Assembly: GCA_024137785.1 (NCBI GenBank)
Contig: JAHRHZ010000002.1
Span: 10,829,263 to 10,893,262 of the forward strand
Length of the DNA: 64,000 nucleotides
From: Ginglymostoma cirratum
Lineage: Eukaryota
Direction: 5' to 3'
This document shows positions 35,825 to 47,446 of this stretch, piece by piece; the first letter of the stretch is position 1, and every line of letters begins with the position of its first letter. The notes under the pieces were generated by a model, which did not search any database, was not told the origin of the DNA, and worked only from the letters and a program-made list of their open reading frames with translations. The position numbers were made by a program, and so were the translations under genes.

Positions 35825-37192
35825 CCTTTGTGGTTTTCCCGCATAATGTCTGGAAAGAATATCCAGTTTTATAACATTGGCCAAAGAATTGATTAAAAAT
35901 TTTGGGTCACCATGTATATCATTTGAACGCTGCATAGATTTAATAGGCAATAAACATTTCTGGCTTTCCCCCCAGGACAGGTATGTCCATCCTCATGATA
36001 GGGGACGATATAAACATACAATACTCTGGAGACAGTCTAGTCAGTGCTCTACATAACTGAACTTCGGTTTCTTTGCTCCTGTGCTCAATCACTTCTTGTG
36101 ATAAAGTGTAACAGATCTTTTGACTTCTGAGTCTCATGCTGTTGCATCTCTAGGCTAACTTTCAGGGACTTAAAGACAAGGGCATCGAAATTACAGTTTT
36201 AACTAGTAGTACATGTTAACTTTCTTTAAACTGTTTACATGCAGGTATAATCTATTTACTTGTAATAATTATTCTTACTCAGCACAGAAACCTGGTCGGT
36301 GTTTTCTATCAATATAGGTCAGAAAATCAGTAACATTGGGTAACGTTGCAAAGTCTTTCAGTTTTGTGATGATTCCGGGAATAACAGGGTTGTATTTCCA
36401 AGGTGCTACTCCAGCGAGCGGCGTCAACTCTTATCAGCTTTGGCAGACAAAACTTCGCCTTCATAAATCCAAGTCGACTCTATCCAATCAGAGCATTATG
36501 TTCTAATTATTACAGGAGTCAAAACTTTTCTAATACATTCTAGATTGTTTCCATTGATGTCAGGCTAACAGAGCTCTAATTCAATCTTTTTCTCGCTCCC
36601 CCCATTCTTAAACCTTGGAAGGGGACATTTAGAATCTTCACCATTGCAAACTTAATTGAACATTGAAAGATAGCATCAATGTATCCAATAGTCTATCTAA
36701 CTAGTCACTAATTGATCGATCCTTCCACTGATCCATCCACCCACCAATACATCTTCTGTTCATCTAACATCCATCCGTCCATCTCCTGACTCTGTCATCC
36801 ATCGATTTATATATTTCTAAAATAAAATTCTTTCAATTTAACTGAATAGAAATCAGACAAATTCTTGGTCCCATGTTAGATTGACTATGCTGTTGTTATG
36901 ATGTGATACAGATTGTCAGCCAAATAGAAATTTGTAATGACAGCCATTGACTCTAGTCACTGAGTGAGAGTGCCATTTGACATTTCTGAGGAAGAACTAA
37001 AAATCTATTTCCTAGCAATCTCGACAAATTCCACAGAGCCGTAATCTAAGTAGTCTTCTTACACCTTTTGTGGTTTTCCTGCATAATGTCTGGAAAGAAT
37101 ATCCAGTTTTATAGCATTGGCCAAAGAATTGATTAAAACTTTTGGGTAACAATGTATATCATTTGAACGCTGCATAGATTTAATAGGCAATG
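35825..37192. repeat. ~128-bp dispersed direct repeat (35825-35952 and 37063-37192)
   Basis: gtggttttcc.gcataatgtctggaaagaatatccag...gatttaataggcaat present twice with few mismatches. Confidence 0.9.
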
Positions 37193-38359
37193 AAGGACCT
37201 CCGTCTTAGAAGAGATATCAGAAACATTCTTGGACCTCATGCTGCCAGACCTGCTGTGTTCCTCCAGCTCCTTCCTGTCCTCCCTCTGACTTCAGCAGTT
37301 TTGTGAGAACCAATATTCCATTCAAATTCCTCATGCAAGGAATCCACCTGTAGGAAATATTAGTTTCAAGAACTTAAAATAAGCAGGTAAGCAATTATAA
37401 ACATTCAGCAGAAGTTTGTCTCATCTTTCTCTCCTCTCTTTTTCGAATGAAATGTACCTTTGCAACCAGGAACAAGGCAGTTAGCCAAGAAAGTAAGCTT
37501 CTCAAGAAAGTTAGATCAAAAACATTTGACATTTCACCGAGCACAGTTCTTCATTGTGGTCAATCGATCACAGGACCAAAATTGGGCATTCGAAATTGAC
37601 CTACAGTTGGGGAAACCGGGCCTCACAGAAAATGGTATAATTAAATAAAATAGCACCCAGTAGCTATCGAATACAAGGAACAGCGGAAATGAAGCCAGAC
37701 GGAGTCACAAAGGTTCAATTGGGGTGGGGACGTGGCGGGTGGGGTTGGGGGACGATGTGGTAGGTGGGGAGGGTGGTGATGGAAATGAGATGTGGCGGTA
37801 CAACCGTCTCGAGTGTTGCATATTGAAAGAAGTGTCGATCAGAATTCCAGCACCTTGTCTACCAGCCAGTGCCTGAGTGCGTGCACTTTACACCTCCCCG
37901 GTATGGCACCAGTGAATGGTGTTGACCTGATCTCATTGGAAACCTCGGACACCGCTGATGATACCATTGACAGCTATTCCCTCAGCAAAGACACAAAGCA
38001 AGACTCGTCACGGAAGACGATGAGGCAACCCAAGAATACCCAGGAGAAGGTCCAACCCACCTTCATGGAAGAGAGCCAGTCCTACACCAAACAGCAAGGA
38101 TATTCCAATGGCCCAGCTCAAATACGTAGATTGTTGCAGGTATGATCCTTTCTCAGGCAGATAGAACGTAATAGAGAGTAAATATGTGGGAATTTGGGAA
38201 ATGTTCACATGATATTAATAAGGAATATATTTGCTAATAAAATTGAACAGAACTGCGATCTAAGTTATGTATCCCTTTATCCACCTCACAGACAAGAGTA
38301 CAAGGGTAAAGTGCTTTTAATACATAAACTGGTCCAAGTGCCCGAAGTTCACCCACTTC

Positions 38360-39397
38360 GCGAGCGCTGTTTGACAGCACTGCTGATTAAGATTAGACTG
38401 ATTGAACAACACTTGGTTAGATTAGATTTGTCCTGCTTTTTTCCTAAATGCAGAGCATGCCACAGCAATTGTTGGAGACATGCCAATATTCTTGTTGTAC
38501 TGAAACAGCTTAGGTCGGCGTATGGAAAATGCCATATCGCATATCTTCAGTACTATTGCCGAAATGTCGTCAAAGCCCATATCCTTTGCAGTATCCAATG
38601 CCTTCATCTTTTTCTTAACGTCACATTTAATGAAACAAAAGGCTGAAGAGAGTCATTTGTGATGCTCGCAACTTCTGGAGGAAGCTACAATGAATCATGC
38701 CCTTTGCATTTCTGATTGAAGATTGTAACAAATACTTCACTTTTTTTTTCTATCCATCTTGTGAGACGTGGGCGTCGCTCGCTGGCCAGCATTTCTCACC
38801 AATCCCAGTTACCCTTCAGAAGGTGGCGGTGAGCCGTCTTCTTGAACCGCTGCAGTCTACCGCCTATAGGTTAACCCACAATGCCATTAGGTAGGCAATT
38901 CCAGGATTTTGACTCAATCACAGTGGAGACACTTGGATAGATATCTGTCCAAGTCGTTATCTTTTATATCGATGTGTTGGGCTTGTCCATGATTGAGGAT
39001 GGAAATATTTTTGAAACCTCCTTCCCTTGTGAGTCAGTTGTATTCCAACGTTCATGATTGGATGTCCCAGAACCGCCCATCTTTGGTCTGATCCCTTTGT
39101 TGTTCAGTCACTCAGCTCTGTCTATCCCTTCTTTCTTGTGCTGTCTGCCAGAGAAGTAATCATGTTTTGTAGCTTCAACGGATTGACACCTCATTTTAGC
39201 TATACCTACTTCTGATCCAGACGTACACTCCTGTACTCTTCATTGTTTCAGGGCTGATCCCTGACTTTTTGGTAATGACGGAGAAGTTGATATTCCAGGC
39301 CGTGAGAGGCACATTGCGTTCGAATACAATTTTGCTGTGGGTGATTTTCTGTAGCGTCTCAGAGAAACTGAGTCCTGAGTTGCTCGATCTGATCGAT
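38360..39397 (-). mobile_element. degenerate CR1/L2-type LINE ORF2 fragments with a nested SINE-like piece
   Basis: KALDTAKDMGFDDISAIVLKIC...KLFQY in ORF 38422..38607; the copy at ~59830-60863 continues to ~61450. Confidence 0.7.
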
Positions 39398-41120
39398 GTC
39401 TTTCCCCACTGACCCCTGGCAACAGCTGCCCCGAGCTTTAGTGCGTTCCTCAGCAAGTGGTTCTGGACTTTGGAATGTACCAGACTGAAACACTAAACAG
39501 TCGAGGTCCCCTGAAATCGCTCTGCCACTTCCCTAGTTTACTAACCAAACCGCTTCTGGTACATGTACTTTTCAGAGAAAGGGGCCACGACGCTCCGGAC
39601 TGGGATCCCCGCACGTATTGCTTGTCCAATACTGAAGTTAAGCGAATCTCTCCCTTCCCACGGTGAGACATGTTTTCTTGCTCCGTGCAGCTCTCGTACG
39701 CAAAACAGCAGTAAATGTATCCCAGAAACGTCCAGGCTCGCATCTTTTATTTTCGGGGCAGTGATACAGAAACCTTCTCCTCTGGGTCAAATGATTGCCC
39801 CTCACCCCACCCTAACTCTGTTTTCTACCATTCCATGTGTAAACTCAGTTACCACCGGTGTATCTTTGCCTCAGGACAGACATTGGCTGTGTGGGTACGG
39901 GGATGAACATTGATGCCCAGTAAACGCTGAACTCCTCAGCAGACTCTGAATAACCGCTGCATTAACTCGGTAAAACTGTGAAACAAAACCCTTGGAGATT
40001 GGGACATTGCGAGGCGGGATGACGTCAAGAGATGCAACCATCCAATACTAACACTTGGCTTTTCTTTTTTGTTTTGTCAACGCACGCAATATATTTTATT
40101 TTTATAGCCACGTACGGAGGTAAAATACCAAAACAGGTTTGTTTTCCACCGTCAGCTATTTTTAACAAAAAGCTCCCAGTCTTATGTACGAGTTGAATTG
40201 AGTGAAGTGGAAGAAAAGCACCTCGCGTCTGAAATGTTCTCTCGTCACAGCGACATTTAGCTCCCGCTGATCGCAGTCCCGCCGCCGAATATTGGACTTG
40301 TCCCAGAAGATTATAAAAGCGAACGCACATGCTTTTCGGTTTCATCTTTGTCCCGCCATACTCTTCCCCCAGAACCCCACACACTGCAAACACACACGTA
40401 TAAACAAACACACACACGCACACACAAACGCACACTCACTCGGAGCAAGAAACAATTCACTTCGTCACATTAGCCCGCTCCGTTCCAGTGGGCCTCCACA
40501 TTCGGTCTTGGCAAGTTGCCATGTAGTTTCTTTTTCTAACCGACGACCGGGTGTCCTGCACAAAGCCAGGTCCAGTGAGTAACTGGCAAATTCGATTGTT
40601 GCCGACTCCTCCACAGGAAGATGGCGCTGTGATGGTATTGTCATGGAATTTGTGATCCAGTTGGTTCAAGATAAGGATCTGGGATCATGGGTCACCTCCT
40701 GCCTGTGCAGCCGGCGGAATTTACACCCAAATAAGCAATGTAAAGATTTTGTTCAGGCGCTGTGGATCGTGAAGCGATCTTGTCACTAGTTGCTCTGATA
40801 CAATTAGTGACCCTGCGGGGAAGGAAATTTGCTATTCCTATCCGGTCTACCATACATATGCAGCAAAACCACAGCAATATGTAACTGTCTGCTGAAATGA
40901 CTCTGCCAGGATCTCAGCTCTCGGGCAATTAAGGATGCGCAGGCAACATCCCATCAAAGAACAAACAGAAACAACCCGAGCCGACAGTGGTGTATCCTTA
41001 TATTTCCTTATAATTTTGTTAGATGCTTCAAGTGGAGGTAGGCACAATGCATTTTGGGACTTATTTCAATCCTCTCCCTCCATTACTGACACGATATCAC
41101 AGAGAGTTTCAGACGCTGAC

Positions 41121-41315
41121 GTCTCACGGTGAGCTGTCTTCCATATCCTTCTCATGATTTTCACCGTGCACTAATACACCCGTCATTGCTCACGTTCAAC
41201 TCTTTCAGGAGAATCGAAGCAGCTTGGCCATGTAAAACAGGTCCTTTAGGGATCTAAGGGCAATGTACTTCACTGGTATTCCTGCACTCATTGTGCCATC
41301 TATAAGAACTCACCA
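41121..41315 (-). pseudogene. duplicate relic VJ-type V exon
   Basis: Reverse strand reads SSYRWHNECRNTSEVHCP*IPKGPVLHGQAASILLKELNVSNDG-(frameshift)-Y*CTVKIM..GYGRQLTVR; donor decayed to GTCAGC. Shares the frameshift and TAG with the 20273 copy. Confidence 0.78.
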
Positions 41316-43830
41316 AATGACAATAAGAAAGATGAATAGGAATAGTCATTTCGTTCCTTCAAGCCTGCTCTGCCATTCAATAGGATTATGGTAGATCACA
41401 TATTCCTCATATCCACTTTTCTGCATTTTCCCCATTGCCTTGGATTCCCCTGCCTAGATCAAAATCTATCCATTTCAGCCTTCAATGTACACAAGGACTT
41501 TGCCCCAACAGGTGTCAGTGTTAAGGAGTTCCAAAGACCTCAGAAACCTCTGAGAGAAGAAATTACCCAACAAGCACAATGACAAAAAGTGAAGTAGTGC
41601 TAATGCTGAGATCGTAATTTCAAACAGAAGCCGCCGTAAATTTTCCACAGGTCTAGCAGCATCTGCGCAGTAGGAATTAATGTTAAGACTCCAGGTCCAA
41701 TTAGATTGTCTTCTAGAATGCAAGAGAATGGGATGGAAAAATGTTCTTCAAATTCCCTGTAAACATTCTTCCCTTCACCTTAATATGATGACCTCTCATT
41801 ACTGATTCTTCAAATAAGAACAGTTGCTTCCTATCCATCTTGTCGATGCCACTCATAATCTCATACATTTAAGTCAGATCCTCCCTCAGCCTTCACACAT
41901 ACACAATCACACAAACGCGCACTTTCTCTCATACTCGCACGCACACACAAGCACACACACAATCAGACGCACACAAATATATAAATCTGTGGGGTGCACG
42001 GACAGATATATTCTGTTTTGTTCAGAAAGCACACAATTTGTAGGCAGTCAATGTGGAATTTTATAAATCTCTACTTTGGAAATAAAACAAATATGATTTA
42101 TTTATTTATTTATTTAACATCGTTAACTTCATCAGAAAGACCTCAGATGGTGCTCTTTCCCCACTGCACCTTGGCAGCAGCTGCCCTTCACATTAAAATG
42201 GTGCCCTCTCATCATTTCTTCATCAAATAAGAACAGTTGTTTCCGATCCATCTTGTCGATGCCATTCATAATCTCATGCAAATCATTGAGGTCCCCCTTC
42301 AGCCTTCTCTGCTCCAAAAAAGAAGGGATGACACAACCAACATCCATTGACTAGACGGCTGTGAAAGTGACCACTGGATGATGGAATAATTGCAGAGCAA
42401 AGTAATGTGAATATTAAGTGCATGATGAATCATCATGAGTCCTGCACCATTCTTAGGTTCCTGCTCGTTAATTTAGGTCTAAATATTGAAGTTAAGTTTC
42501 CTAAAACTAAAACAGAACTGGTTCATGTAAGCACACAGGGAGAAATTTCACCATTAATACTCCGACCGTAGTCTTGTTGAGGGAAGGTAATTTCAACTTT
42601 CTGCGTTAAATAGGCTGTATCGAACGAGCAACCTATTATTGACCTTACCTGTTTCAGCAAGGCATTGGCCACGGTGCTGTATAAGTCACACATTGGGAAT
42701 GACCTGGACCTATTTTGAGAACCAAAATTTGTCATCATGAGAAAAAAGTCAAAGTGAAGTGGAATTTATGTGCTCACCCCAATATTCAGTCAACACTAAA
42801 TTTTAATGCATTCTCGGTTCCAATATGTGAATGATGAATTTTGTCCTAATTGTCATCAGAGGTCACGAATATCAGAATTTTGGTATGACAGGCGCCCAGT
42901 TCTCAGTGCGAGTATTTTGCAGGTGGCAAGTGAAAAGCTAGTCCCATTAACTTGTCGATGCATCAGTCATTGCAGTTGATTTAAAGTGATTGGCTTTTCA
43001 TATAACTGAAATATTGTAGAGGCTAGAGATATAAGGTAGAAAAAAACACAAAGTGCCGGAGAAATGCAACAGGTTTTACAGTATCTGTACAGAGAGAAGC
43101 AGTGTCAACCCTCACGTCAGGTGTGACTGTACTTCAGAAATGAAAACCACTGGAATGTATTGAATGAATGATTTATTTAGTGTCACGTACATTTTACAGT
43201 GAGTAATATACCAAAATACGGTGAAAAGCTTCAACAGTGCCACAACCCGGCACCATTTTGAATAATTTAAGCATAAAAAGTACCGAAGATAGAACTGAAA
43301 GAAAATGGAACAATATTTAAAAAAGATAAGGTGATATGTTTTCTGCTGTGGACAAAAGAAATTTTTTTAAAATAAAAAGTGCTTTCAGAACATTGTCAGG
43401 GTAGATGATTGAATGGAATATAAGCGAAATCACAAAATGACCCAAATCAAGCAAGAGGGAAACCGTAGAATACAAGACAAAGCTAACCAATACTATAAAA
43501 TGTGGAGAGCCTGCATCAGGGCCACTGGACCCGAAACAGTAGTTGATGTCACTCCACGAATGCTGACAGACCAGCTGAGTTTTCCCAGAAGTTTCTGTTC
43601 TTGTTTCTGATTTCCAGCTTGTGTAGTTCTTTCGGGTTTTTGTTGTTGAATGCGAATTCAGATTTCGACCGAATCTGTAAATATTTAAAGAAGCACGAGT
43701 TAACAAAATGAGCACAGTACCTATAGTAAATGAGAACTCAACATTGACAATAGAAAATAAGGAAATGGCAAATTAATTGAACGTGGAGGGAGGAACTCTG
43801 AAAAATCACAGTAATGTTGAATTTCTTGGA

Positions 43831-44263
43831 TAACAAGCATGGGGCTGGATGAACACAGCAGGTCAAGCAGCATCATAAGAGCAGGAAAACTTGACGTTTC
43901 GGGCCTAAACCCTTCATCAGAAATGGGGGAGGGGAAGAGGGTTCTGAAATAAATAGGGAGAGAGGGGGAGGCGGATAGAGGATGGATAGAGAAGAGGATA
44001 GGTGGAGAGGAGGCAGACAAGTCGAAGAGGCGGGGATGGAGCCAGTAAAGGTGAGTGTAGGTAGGGGGGTAGGGAGGAGATAGGTCAGTCCAGGGAGGAC
44101 GAACAGGCCAAGGGGGCGGGATGATGTTAGTAGATAGGAGATGGGGGTGTGGCTTGGGGTGAGAGGAAAAACAGGTTAGGGAGGTAGCGATGAGCTGGGC
44201 TGGTTTTGGGATGCGGTTGGGGGAGGAGAGATTTTGAAGCTTGTGAAATCCACATTGATGCCA
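43831..44263 (-). mobile_element. young Penelope-like element 3' end specific to unit 2
   Basis: Minus strand NGINVDFTSFKI resembles the Penelope-like ORF C-terminus; pyrimidine tract and terminal repeat; ttgga repeated at 43826-43830 and 44264-44268; empty site in unit 1 at ~22340. Confidence 0.8.
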
Positions 44264-47200
44264 TTGGAGTTGCGTTTTGATACAAACTCGTGTCCTGAAG
44301 AACTTCATTCTAGTGTTCTAAAAGAAATGTCAAATGAGACCGTGGTGCATTGTTTTTAATTTTCCAAAAGTCACTCGATTCCAGAACTATCCTTTTAGAT
44401 TGGATGATAGTGAATATAACTTCTTTATGACAGGGAGGATGTGGGTGGTGTCCAGTGGTGGAGGGGCAAGTGGGAAATTAAAGTCCAATCAGTTTACCAT
44501 CTGTCATCGAGGAAATGTTGGAAGTTCTTTTGAAAGAACTTACAGTAGAGAAAGTTAATAGAATTGTGATTTTCTTTTTCAAATGGAATGGTGATTAATG
44601 ATAGTGAGGTTTTGAAACAACTACACAGGCCATTCGTCAGATCACATCTGGAATACTGTGAATAGTTTTGGTCCCCTTATCTAGGAAAAGGTATCCTAGT
44701 GTTGGAGGCAGTACAGCAAAGATTAACTAGATTGATCACGAGTATGGGATGACTGTCTGTCCAGATGAAGATTGAATCTATTTGGTATGTACTTATTTCA
44801 TTTTAGAACGATGAATGGCGACATTATTAAAACATCCAAGATTCATTGAATTCTTGACAGAATCAGAAAGATTGCTTCCCCTTGTGACAGCGTGCAGGCC
44901 TTAACCGCTTAATTGTGGAGTTATTGAGTATAGGTATGGAATTGGAATTGAGGATTATCAGGTCACCCGTGATCTCATTGACTTGATGGACCAAATGACG
45001 ATTTCTTCTCTTATGTCTTGTGGTCTTATGTCACGTGATATAAAATTAAGAATGACTGTTTATTAGGGAATAAGTCTTTGTCGGGAGGCTGTGGAATGGG
45101 TAGATACTTATACTTATAACTTCAATGCTTGGTTATCATGGTTTACTAATGCTTAGAAATCTTTCAAATTTTGTGGACTTTGCAACGTCGAGTGTTCATT
45201 GCCCGGGATTTTCAGCATATAATTTCAAAATTTCCATAATGTTGAATGAATTTCTGGCAGGATACTTAAAGACAACTGCCTAGAAGCAGTGATGGTTGAA
45301 TGTTCTGCTAACTGATCTCAGAACTTGCTGATACTAGTTGGGATCTGGTTTGTCCTCTGGTATCTACCTGGAGATGGAATGAATTGCATTCACGTTTTTC
45401 TCACAAGGGAGAGACGAAATCAAAATAATTCTCTACTCCTCGCATGTATTAAATCAACCAGTCTCCATGTAAACGCCTTCAGTTAATTATTGAAAGTACT
45501 GATAGTTCAATTAACTAAACCTGTCTCAAAACATTCGACATGACCAGGAACATCCAGTTTGTCTTTTTAACCGCTGAAGTTTCCTTATGCCCATTATGTT
45601 AAGTTTCATACGTTGTGGAGGTCGATAACTGCATATGTTTTACCGAAGCATAGCATTTTGCACTTTTAAAAGCAACCATCGTTTGCAGTTGAGTTCGGTT
45701 TTTGCTGTTGGGATACACAATTGACGACTCTCAAGAGTATCCTGTCTGGTTGAAAGTGAGATATAAATAATAAAAACATAAACTCTTGTCTGTTGCTGAT
45801 GTGCACATCTCTGCGGTCCTACACGACTTTTTGCATTAAAAACACTGGACTAAACTGATGAAATATCATCTGACGAAATATCACCATCTGTGGCCAATTG
45901 TCATACTTCCTTTTGTCAAGCATTTGACACTAAATTTACAATAAAGGTGCATTATAAATTTAAGTTGCTGTTCACAACTAAAATGACAAGAAGTAATTAT
46001 TCAATTTTTCTTTCAAAAGTCTTTCCAATTTGCTGATGTATGGCTTATGATGTATGAAACAAATCAAGTTAAAGAAATTTTAAAACATTCTTGCACAAAA
46101 AGCATTAAGAAGGGTCACTTCCTGCTGTTTCTCACATTTGAAATATTTGTATCGATTCCTTAAAGAGAGAACCATGCATTGATGTGCTTGCAAAAGTCAA
46201 AAAGGCATCTTGTTTCCAAAATTACTTTTCCCATTTCGGTTTTCTCCCCTTAATTGATATTAAACCTAATCGTACCTAACCTCATTTGGGAAAATATACT
46301 TTAAGACAAAGAGTCAGAGAGATCTCGAGCACAGAAGGCCCTTCAGCCCATTGAGTCTGCACATGATCAAAAAAAAACACCTAAGTATTCCAATTCTATT
46401 TTGCATTTGGTCCACAGCCTCGCATGTCTTTGCATTGTAAATCTATATCTAACAACGTCTAAACGTAACGAAGGCTATCACCTCTGCCGTTCTTACAGGA
46501 AATGAACTCCACTTTCACACCACCTTCTGGGTGAAACTAAATATTCTAACATTACCTTTAACCCCCTACCCCCTACATTATGCGTGCATGCATATATAAT
46601 ACATATATATGTGTGTGTGCGTAGATAAGTATCAGTAAACATATATATCAGTAATGCACCCTCTGCCAAATTGCCCAGTCTCCTCCAACGTAAGGAAAAC
46701 AACCACATTTTGTCTAATCTTTCTCGGTAATTCAAATTATCGAAACCCAGGCAATATCGTGGTAAATCTATTCTCTACTCACTCTCGAGGCCGAGACCAC
46801 TGGCGTGCAGTTTATTGGTTTACCTCGTTGGTTAGAGGATGTAACATAACGGTTGAAGTCGAATGACATTAGGTTTATGATGCTGGAGCAAAACAGACGG
46901 GCGTTCCATGTTCCATGTCGGAAGATTTCCTGGCACCGGTGGTTAAGATCAGAGGCAAGTCTCCTCGATTTTCTATTCTTTGTTCCGAATTGGCAGTAAT
47001 AGCAAGTTCTCCTGATCTTTTGAATATAGCTCTGGACGCAATTTCCTTTATCATACCTGTCAGGAAGATTAATTTCCATTCTCACGATATGGGTGCTCTT
47101 TCATAAGTCATTATTTCAGAGTAGTTGTTGATAAGAAGCAAATGCGTTGCAATCACTCGAAGTTCTGAGGTCCCACAGGTGCACATTATTGCATGATTGT

Positions 47201-47446
47201 CATCATTGAGTTTCTTTAAATCAATACTTTAGGAAATGTCAAAGACAAATATACAAAAACCTCAAGCCATTGGAAACAGCGGCCAAGCTGAACTCTCTTT
47301 GCACCAGGAGGTGTAACAAGGACGTTTTGAGTAATATTTTCCATTGTGTCACATGCTGTCGTTGTCATTTTAAGTGTTGTCATGCTCTCTCACCTGTACC
47401 GTGGACAATCTGCACATAATACCATTCCATTCGCACAGCTGCAAGA

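Larger units (their letters stand above)
18303..39397. repeat. tandem segmental duplication, unit 1 (~21.1 kb)
   Basis: Continuous colinear similarity to 39398-60863 across exons, introns and shared repeat insertions. Confidence 0.95.

Noticed and set aside
43721-44308. 195-aa ORF, longest in the track
   Set aside because: It spans a Penelope-like insertion and its low-complexity tract; not a host gene.
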